From: Hemiscyllium ocellatum
Lineage: Eukaryota
Direction of reading: 5' to 3'
DNA length: 64,000 nt
Assembly: GCF_020745735.1 (NCBI RefSeq)
Contig: NC_083435.1
Location: 46,004,498 to 46,068,497 of the forward strand
Shown here in pieces: positions 13,677-23,901 of this stretch; positions within the stretch are counted from its first letter, which is position 1, and the number at the start of each line of letters is the position of its first letter. The notes below the pieces were generated by a model, which worked only from the letters and a program-made list of their open reading frames with translations, was not told the DNA's origin and ran no database searches. A program made the position numbers and the translations under genes.

Positions 13677-16600
13677 GTAAGTGACCGGGGGATCACCCCG
13701 GGGGGGCGGTGATTGGCTCTCTGTGGGTGATCCCTCCCTGTGATTGGCTCCCTCTCTCTGTGATCCACAGGGATCCACACTGTCCAGCTGATGTACGGCT
13801 GTGAGCTCCGGGAGGACGGCACCACCGGCGGGTTTATGCAGTTCGGCTGGGACGGCCGGGACTTGATCAGCTTCGACAAGGACAGCCAGGTGTGGGTGAC
13901 CCCCGTCAGCTGGGGGCAGATCACCAAAAATAAATGGGACAACACCCCGGGATTAAACCAACAGCGGAAGGGTTACCTGGAGGGAATCTGCATCGAGTGG
14001 CTGAAAAAATACCTGGAATACGGAAAGGAGCAACTGAGACCAGGTAATGGGATAGGGGGGGGGGGGGGGGGGGGGGATACGGGGAGAGAGAGAGAGAGGG
14101 GGGGATACGGGGAGAGAGAGAGAGAGGGGGGGATACGGGGAGAGAGGGGGGATACGGGGAGAGAGGGGGGATACGGGGAGAGAGNNNNNNNNNNNNNNNN
14201 NNNNNNNNNNNNNNNNNNNNNNNNNNNNNNNNNNNNNNNNNNNNNNNNNNNNNNNNNNNNNNNNNNNNNNNNNNNNNNACGGGGGAGAGAGAGAGGGGGT
14301 GATACGGGGAGAGAGGGGGGGATACGGGGAGAGAGGGGGGGGGATACGGGGAGAGAGGGGGGATACGGGGAGAGAGGGGGGATACGGGGAGAGAGAGAGA
14401 GAGAGAGGGGGGATACGGGGAGAGAGAGGGGAGGATACGGGGAGAGAGAGAGAGAGAGAGAGGGGGGATACGGGGGAGAGAGGGGGGATACGGGGAGAGA
14501 GGGGGGGGATACGGGGGGAGAGAGAGAGAGGGTGGGAATACGGGGAGGGGGTGTGATACGGGGTGGGAGAGAGAGAGAGAGTGTGGGGCATACGGGGGGT
14601 TGAGAGAGAGAGGGTGGGGCATACGGGGAGAGAGAGAGAGGGGGGGAATACGGGGAGAGAGAGAGAGGGGCATACGGGGAGAGAGGGGGGTATACGGGGA
14701 GAGAGAGAGAGGGTGGAAATACGGGGAGAGAGAGGGGGGGTGATACGGGGGTGGAGAGAGGGGGATATGGAGAGAGAGAGGGGGATACGGACGGAGAGGG
14801 AGAGGAGGATGAGGTGGGGGGATAGGGAGGGAGGGGGGATACTGGGGGGATAGGGATGCAGAGGGAGGGAGGGAGGATACGGGGAGGGAGAGGAGGATAG
14901 AGAGGGAGGGGGTTACGGGGAGGGAGAGGGGGATAGGGAGGGCGGGGGGATCCGGGGAGGGGGATGGGGGGAATACGGGGAGGGGGAGGGGATACGGGGA
15001 GAGGGATACAGGGAGGGAGAGGGGGATAGGAAGGGAGGGGGGATACGGGGAGGGAGATAGGGATAGGAAGAGAGGGATACGGAGAGGGAGGGAGAGGGGG
15101 GATACGGAGAGGGAGGGAGAGGGGGATACGGAGGGAGGGAGAGGGGGATACTGAGAGGGAGGGAGAGGGGGATACGGAGGGAGGGAGGGAGAGGGGGATA
15201 CGGAGGGAGGGAGAGGGGGATACGGAGGGAGGGAGAGGGGGATACTGAGAGGGAGGGAGGGAGAGGGGGATACGGAGGGAGGGAGGGAGAGGGGGATACG
15301 GAGGGAGGCAGGGAGGGAGAGGGGATACGGGGGGAGAGGGAGGGAGGGAGAGGGGGATACGGGGTGGGAGGGAGAGGGGAAAAGGAGGGAGGGGGGATAT
15401 GGAGGGAGGGAGAGGGGGAAAAGGGGAGGGAGGGAGAGGCGGAAACAGAGGGAGGGAGAGGGGGATACGGGGGGGAGAGGGAGGGAGGGAGAGGTGGAGA
15501 GGGAGGGAGAGGGAGGGAGAGGGGGATACGGAGAGGGAGGAAGAGGGACAGGTCGAGGCGTGGGATGAGGGAGATAGAGAGGCCGAGGCGGGGAGTGAGG
15601 GAGGGAGAGGGACAAGAGAGGGACAGGCCGAGGCTGGGAGGGAGGGAAGGAAGGAAGGAAGGAAAGGGACAGGCCGAGATGGGGAGGGTGAGGGAGAGGC
15701 CGATGCGGGGAGGGAGGGAGTGGGTGAGGGAGAGGGACAAGCCGAGGCAGGGCGCTGGGGAGAGAGGGAGAGGGAGAGGGACAGGCTGAGGCGGGGATGG
15801 AGGGAAGGAAAGGGACAGGCGGGGAGGGAGGGAGAGGGAGAGGCCGATGCGGGCTGGGTGGTAGACGGAGATCGACAGGTCGAGGTGCAGAGGGAGGGAG
15901 AGATTGAGGGGGAGGGACAGGCCGAGGTGGGAAAGGAGTGAGAGGGACAGGCCGAGGGAGGGAGGGAGGGAGGGCGAGGTAGAGGGACAGGCCGAGGCAG
16001 GGACGGAGAGAGGAAGAGGGAGAGAGGAACAGGCCGATGCGGGAGGGAGGAAGAGGGAAAGGGACAAGCTGAGGCAGGGAGGGAGAGGGACAGGCTGAGG
16101 GAGGGAAGGCGAGGTAGAGGGACAGGTCGAGGCGCGGAGGGGAGGCAGAGGGAGGGAGGGAGAGGAACAGGCCGAGGCAGGGAGAGGGACAGGCGGGGGA
16201 AGGCGTGAGAGGGACAAGTCTAGGCGTGGAGGGAGGGAAAGGGAGAGGCGAGGGCGGGTGAGGGAGAGATACAGGACGAGGCAGGTAGGGAGGAAGAGAG
16301 AGGGACAGGCCGAGGGTGGGAGGGTGGTAGAGGCAGATGGACAGATCGAGGCGGGGAGGGAGGGAGAGGGACAGGCCGAGGTGAGGAGGGAGGGGGAGGG
16401 GGAGGGACAGGCCGAGGGAGGGAGAGGGACAGGCTGAGGCTGGGAGGGAGGGAGAGGGTGAGGGAGAGGGACAGGCCGAGGGAGGGAGGGACTGGCCGAG
16501 GCGGGGAGGGAGTGAGAGGGTGAGGGAGAGGGACAGGCCAAGGGAGGGAGGGACTGGATGAGGCGGGGAGGGAGGGAAGGAAAGGGACAGGCCCGAGATG

Positions 16601-19372
16601 GGGAGGGAGAGGCCGATGCGGGCTGTGTGGTAGACGGAGATTGACAGATCGAGGTGCGGAGGGAGGGAGAGGGACAGGCCGAGGTAGGGAGTGAGGGAGG
16701 GAGAGGGTGAGGGAGAGGGACAGACCAAGGCGGGGAGGAGGGAGTTGGACAGGCTGAGGCTGGGAGGGAGGGAAGGAAAAGGACAGGCCCGAAATGGGGA
16801 CGGAGAGGGAGAGGCCGATGCGGGCTTGGTGGTAGACTGAGATTGACAGGTCGAGGTGCGGAGGGAGGGAGAGGGATAGGCCGAGGCGGGGAGGGAGGGA
16901 GTGGGTGAGGGAGAGGGATAAGCCGAGGCAGGGTGCTGGGGAGAGAGGGAGAGAGAGAGAGGGACAGGCCGAGGCTGGGACGGAGGGAAGGATAGGGACA
17001 GGCGGGGAGGGAGGGAGAGGGACATGTCGAGGCACGGAGTGAGGGAGAGGGAGAGGGACAGTCCCGAGATGGGGAGGAAGAGGGAGAGGGAGAGGCCGAT
17101 GCGGGCCGGGTGGTAGACGGAGATCGACAGGTCGAGGTGTAGAGGGAGGGGAGAGAGTGAGAGAGAGAGAGACAGGCCGAGACGGGGAGGGAGGGAGAGG
17201 GACAGGGTGAGGCAGGGACGGAGGGAGGAAGAGTGAGAGGGACAGGCCGAGGCGTGGAGGGATGGAAAGGCCGAGGCGGTGAGGGAGAGAGGAACAGGCC
17301 GAGGCGCAGAGGGAGAGGGACAGGCTGATGCGGGAGGGAGGGAGAGGGACAGGTGGGGAGGGCGTGAGAGGGACAAGTCTATATGCGGAGGGAGGGAAAG
17401 GGAGAGGCGAGGGCGGGTGAGGGAGAGATACAGGACGAGGCAGGTAGGGAGGAAGAGAGAGGGACAGGCCGAGGGTGGGAGGGTGGTAGAGGCAGATGGA
17501 CAGATCGAGGCGGGGAGGGAGGGAGAGGGTGAGGGAGAGGTACAGGCCGAGGGAGGGGGAGAGGGACAGGCCGAGGGAGGGAGGGACTGGACGAGGCGGA
17601 GAGGGAGAGGGACAGGCCGATGCGGGCTGAGTGGTAGACGGAGATCGACAGATCGAGGTGCGGAGGGAGGGAGAGAGTGAGGGAGAGGGACAGGCCGAGG
17701 GAGGGAGAGGGACAGGCCGAGGCGGGGAGGGAGGGACAGGCTGAGGGAGGGAGGGACTGGCCGAGGCGGGGAGGGAGGGAGTGGGTGAGGGAGAGGGACA
17801 AGCCGAGGCAGGGCGCTGGGGAGAGAGAGAGAGAGAGGGAGAGGGACAGGCTGAGGCTGGGAGGGATGGAAGGAAAGGGACAGGCGGGGAGGGAGGGAGA
17901 GGGACATGTCGAGGCGCGGAGGGAGAGGGAGTGGGAGAGAGAGACAGGCCGAGGCGGGAAAGGAGGGAGAGGGAGAGACAGGCCGAGACTGGGTCGGAGA
18001 GAGGGACAGGTCGAGGGAGGGAAGGCGAGGTAGAGGTACAGGACGAGGCAGGTAGGGAGGAAGAGAGAGGGACAGGCCGAGGGTAGGAGGGTGGTAGAGG
18101 CAGATGGACAGATCGAGGCGGGGAGGGAAGGAGAGAGAGAGGGACAGGCCAAGTCGGGGGGGTTGAGGGAGAGGGAGAGGGACAGGCCGAGGTGGGAAGG
18201 GAAGAGGAGAGGCCATGGTGTGGAGGGAGGGAGGGGGAGACGAACAGGTCGAAGTGGGGAGGGAGAGGGACAGGCCGAGGCGAGGAGAGTGTGAGGGACA
18301 GGCCGAGGCAGAGAGGGAGAGAGGGACAGGCCGAGGGAGGAAGAGGGAGAGGGACAGGCCAAGGCAGGGAGGGAGAGAGGGACAGGCCGAGGGAGGAAGA
18401 GGGAGAGGGACAGGCCAAGGCAGGGAGGGAAAGGGACAGGCTGAGGCAGGGAGGGAGGGAGAGGGAGGGGGACAGGCTGAGACGTGGAGGGAAGAGGAGA
18501 GGCCAAGGTGTGGAGGGAGGGAGGGGGGGACGAACAGGTCGAAGTGGGGGAGGGAGATGGACAAGCCGAGGCGTGGAGGGAGGGAGAGTGTGAGGGACAG
18601 GCCGAGGCCGGGAGGGAGGGAGGGGGAGAGGGACAGGCCGAGGCAATGGAGGGAGGGTGAGGGAGAAGGATAGATCAAGGGAGAGAGACAGGCGAGGTGG
18701 GGAGGGAGAGGGACTGGCCGAGGGAGGGAGGGCGAGGTAGAGGGTCAGGCCGAGGCGTGGAGGGATGGAAAGGCCCAGGCGGTGAGGGAATGAGGGACAG
18801 GCCGGGGCGCAGAGGGAGAGGGACAGGGTGAGGTGTGGAGGGAGGGAGAGATGGACAAGCCGAGGTGGGGAGGGAGGAAGAAGAAAAGGGACAGGCTGAG
18901 GCAGGAAGGGAGGGAGAAGGTGAGGGAGAGAGGCAGGCCGAGGCATGGATCTGGGAAGAGGGAGAGGGACAGGCTGAGGCAGGGAGGGAGGGAGGGAGGG
19001 AGAAGTAGAGTGACAGGCCTAGGCATGGAAAGAGGGAGAGTGACAGGCCGAGGGGGGAGATGGAGAGGGACAGATCGAGGCAGGGGAAGACGGAGAGGGA
19101 CAGGCCGAGGTGGGGAGGGAGGGATGGAGGGAGAGGGACAGGCCGAGGCGCGGAAGAAGAGTCAGACGGACAGGCCCAGGCAAGGAGGGAGGGAGAGGGA
19201 CAGGCTGAGGCAGGGAGGGAGAGGGACAGGCGGAGGCAGGGCGGGAGAGGGTGAGGGAGAGGGACAGGCGGAGAGAGGGAAAGGGAGAGGGACAGGCGGA
19301 GGCGGAGAGGGAGGGTGAGAGAGACGGACCGGCCGGGGAGACGAGGGTGGGCGAGGGAGAGGCTCAGGCCGG

Positions 19373-19416
<44 letters not shown>

Positions 19417-19820
19417 AGTCTGAGTGGGAAGGGAGATGGGTTTAGGCCGAGCGTTATGTGGTGGGAGAGAGAGTGGCGCTGAGGAGGAGAGGGTGAGGAG
19501 GGAGAGTGAGATCTGGTGGCAGGCCGAGTGAGGGGGGGTGTGAGAGGAGGGGGCTGGCTGATTGTTGGGAGAGATGGTGAGTGTGAGAGTGAGAGAGAGA
19601 AAGAAAGACAGAGAGATACAGGCCGGGGGTGTAGATGGCAGAGAGAGTACAGGGAGCCAGGCTGTGGTAGAGGGTGTTGGGAGGGACAGCGGGAATGAGG
19701 CCGATGTGTGGGACCTTGGCTGAGAGAGAGAGAGGTCGAGGGAGAGAAGGAAGGGACGGGGTGGGTGAGGAGGGAAGGTGGGTGGGGGTGAGGGGTTGAG
19801 AGTCTCTGTGTCCCTATCTA

Positions 19821-19870
<50 letters not shown>

Positions 19871-22800
19871 GTGAAACCCTCTGTAACCCTGACCCCTGTG
19901 AGGGAGAATAAAGATCTCTCCTGTATCGCCACTGGCTTCTACCCTCAGGCCATTGAGGTGAATCTGTTCCGGGGTGGAGTAAGGATTGATGACTCAGAAT
20001 CGACTGGAATCCGACCCAATCACGATGGATCCTACCAGATCCGCAAGTGGATGGAGTTTGACCCAAATTCCCAGGCCAAGTATTCCTGCGAGGTGGAACA
20101 CAGCGGATTGGGGCAGAAGCTGGTGGTGTTTTATGGTACGGATCTTCCTCAGTGTGTCAGGGACCAGTCCCTCTCTCCCCAGGAGGGGGATCAGTGCTGA
20201 GCACAGGGTGGGGATCCAGTCCCTCTCTCCCCAGGAGGGGGATCAGTGCTGAGCACAGGGTGGGGATCCAGTCCCTCTCTCCCCAGGAGGGGGATCAGTG
20301 CTGAGCACAGGGTGGGGATCCAGTCCCTCTCTCCCCAGGAGGGGGATCAGTGCTGAGCACAGGGTGGGGATCCAGTCCCTCTCTCCCCAGGAGGGTGATC
20401 GGTGCTGAAACAATATCCTGATCAGACTCTGGATATTGTGATGTATGGATTGTGTGACCTTCCATCTGTTGCGATGGGTTACCCTGGTAACAATGATGTT
20501 GGTGCTCAGTGGTTCGTTTTCAGATGCTTGATATTGCAGGTGAACTGAAAAGTCTTTATCCTGTTCCTTTTCTCTGGGGTTTCACACCCACTCTCTGTGC
20601 TGGAAGCCAGGGAGAGAGAGATGGAGTGACTGCCTTTCCTTTTACTTGCAGTGCATAGATGACAATTAGTTTTCATCACCGTGACTCTCACAGTACACAC
20701 CTTCACTCGCTGTCTGTCTATCTGTCTCTCTCTCACTCTTACTCTCTTTCTCACATACACACACTCTATCTCTCATTTGCTCTCTATTGCAATCGCTATC
20801 GATCGCGCTCTCGCTCTCGCACTCTCTCCCTTGATGTCTCCCTCCTTCTCTCAAACACACACACGGTGAAACAGGCTTTTCACCCTCTGTGTGTGTATAT
20901 GATTGAAAGGGAAATCCACAGCACCTATCTTCACATCCTGACTGTGTTTACACTCCCACTGTATACACACACTGAAATAACTCCCAGCAGAGGACCCTTC
21001 TGTCTCCCTCTGAGATTTCCTTCACTCCTGCTCGGAGGGTATTCCAGAGTTTCTGTCCAAACTCTCTGAGTCTCCATCTAAAGACATTTGACTGTGTCTT
21101 TTTTTCTACAAAGCGTACACTGGAATCAGTCTGTAAGTGATCTGGCATTTATTATCTGTTGTCATGACAGTTGGGTACAGCGTGCCCGGGATATTCTCGT
21201 GTTCTTGTTAATTGCTTCTTAAATCTCCCTGTGTTTCAGCCCCAGGAGGCTGCTACAGTTCCAGCCTTTAGAAACTTATGCAAATGAAGTTTAAAGCTAA
21301 TGGTAAACGTTGGTTCTGTTTGTAGTCAGGGAGCCTCCTGTGATTTGGGTGAAAGCTGTTGTGTGCATTGGTCACGCCTATTCTATATCTACAAGGATAG
21401 ATACAAAACCCGGAATCTCCTGTCACGATAATCCACAAAGGACTGAGATGCATACCCAACATTCAGTCATCAGAAATAGGACTGACAGTAGTGATAACTT
21501 TGGGAGACCCATCTATCCATAACCCCTGTGCACCTGCACAGTATTATTCATTGTGCGTGTACATCAGCATGAAAGGCTTTTACCGAAACGTCGATTCTCC
21601 TGCTCCTGGGATGCTGCCTGACCTGCTGCGCTTTTCCAGCACCACACTCTCGACTCTGATCTGCAGCATCTACAGTCCTCGCTTTCACAACAGTGGTATG
21701 GGGTGTCTGTGGGTTGTCTGTATCAATTATCCCCTGTCTCTCCACAGCACGTGGGAGAGTGTCATGGTAACCCATCTGAATACCTTTGCAAAAAATTCCA
21801 ATCTTTTCACTTTCCAACTTTGTCATGAGGTAACATTTGAAATCCCGAGCTCCAAGCCCGGCAGCTCTCTGACAGTGTCCTTGCAGCTCTCATCAAACCA
21901 TACTTGTATCTCTAGCTGTCAGCTTACACTAGTGTGGGGGTTTCCTCTGGAACAAATGGGGAGGCAGGACCCCAAAGGCCAACATTATCCAATTCTGGGC
22001 AGAGACCTGGTTTACTCGATTATGTTTGTTCCTGGCACTTTGAGTGTTCCACACTGGGGCCTGATGTGCATTGCTCTGTGTTGCAGAGTTAGAGAGTTTA
22101 CAGCTGCATGAAGCTCCTGACACTGTTGTTCCAGCTTGTCTATTTACACTGGGGCTGTCTCCTGCTCCCCCATGGTCCTCCTCTCACTCAGATCATCTCT
22201 TTCAAATTGTGACTGGAACTGTCCCATACGGATCAGGGTTTTTCCTGTATTTTAGGGTCCTGTTGTTTAATTACAAGTTTTAACTTTTCCAATTCATACT
22301 AGTGATTTCTAACCACTCCCACAGCGATCTAATCTCAGCTGGTCAGCTGCAGAACTCTCCTCGGCTACACGCTGCTACTGGTGCTGTGGTTCCCTCAGCT
22401 GCCTTCTTTCCGAACTTATTCTGTGTTTCTTGCCATATGTCTTGGGTCATGGAACCCAAGGGTGCAGGGTCAGTCTGGGTGTGACCAAAATCTGTGTATT
22501 TAGGCCATTTTTCAAAAAAGGTATGGTCTGAGCGTGTCCTCCCATGTCGGACGAGGGGATATTGTCCCATTTTGCTTATAAGCATATTATTTCCGGTGTC
22601 TCTTCCATGTTATTACATTCTGGGAAGTGGCTGTAGTTAAGGTAAAGCTTTAGCTAGATTCTTATTACAGCTTCTCAAAGTCTTAGACGTTTGGAACTAG
22701 AGCATGGTGATCCCTTCAAACAGTTCGCAGAGATAGGTCTTTAACCCCTTCTCGTGGCCTGACTGTAGAGTTCCCCACAGTCACATCACTATTCCAGCTA

Positions 22801-23870
22801 TCCCTGGGTTTCTGACCCAGCCTCTGCCAGGTACTGTTTAAAACACCTAGCAGTCATTTCCATTGGAGCAGTAGAGTGTTCAGAGCTGTCAACGGCTGGC
22901 AATGTCTCTACTTCTTTTAACAGAAACATTTCCTCAACTCTTTGGAACTCAAAGGTCCCTCAATTCAAAATAAAGTTCCTTCAACTCTGGAAAAAATGAC
23001 TTTCCCTGAACTGTGTCCCCACCGAACACTCCTGGGGTAGGAATGAAATACAGAGGAAACTTTCCTCTCCTCATTCCAACCCAAAGTAAACTGAAAATCA
23101 TATCCAGTCAGCTCCATCCCCATCGAACACTCCCATGGCAGGAACAACGAGAGTTTCAAATTCAGCAGAAAATTTCTCCTACTCGTTGAAACTGCAAATA
23201 AACAAAATAAAGCTCCCTCACACTGAACCCAGCAAGCATTTCGGGAATGGGGAGAACAGGGGGTTCAAATAAACGCACCTTTGGTTCTGTCAAGGAATTC
23301 AATATATTTCTAACGGTGTGTACACACGAGGGGAACATAGCTGCCCCCACCCCCTCCAAACCTCGAGCTGACTTCCTCAGAGACCCTCGATACCCCATTA
23401 CCCTTTCCCAACTCGTGTGTTTGCTGGCTTTGGCTGTTAGGCCGAGTTCTGTTCAGCTGCCTGAATCCACAGTCCCTTGAGTCCTGACTTACTGCTCATG
23501 CTGAATTCTGAGCGTACCAGGCTGGTGGGTTCGACATTAGAAGACCTGTTGGTCACTTCTTATCCCAGGGACACCAACTGTTGTCTAGTTCCTTGTTAGA
23601 CAATTCTGACCAGAATGTTATGAATGAATTTGTCCAGGTTTCCAACTGATGAACACAAGCAGGTCCCAATGCAGAACAGTCCCAACTTGATTCGGAAACC
23701 AGTTACAATAATCTTCAATACGAAATATCCTCTCATCCTTTAGGCCCCTTAAGCCTTACAACACTTCGCGAGTCTCTTGTAGATTTACACAGTGGCTGTC
23801 GTTCTGTCTCTGGGTCTGTGGAGCTACTCTCTCACTCACTCTCTCCTCACTCACTCTCTCTCCTCACTCA

Positions 23871-23901
<31 letters not shown>

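Noticed and set aside
13921-19026. Very long Pro/Ser/Leu-rich minus-strand ORFs (1585, 908, 542, 375 aa) and Arg/Gly/Glu-rich plus-strand ORFs
   Set aside because: A C/T-rich strand rarely makes stop codons; these are translations of the intron 3 repeat.
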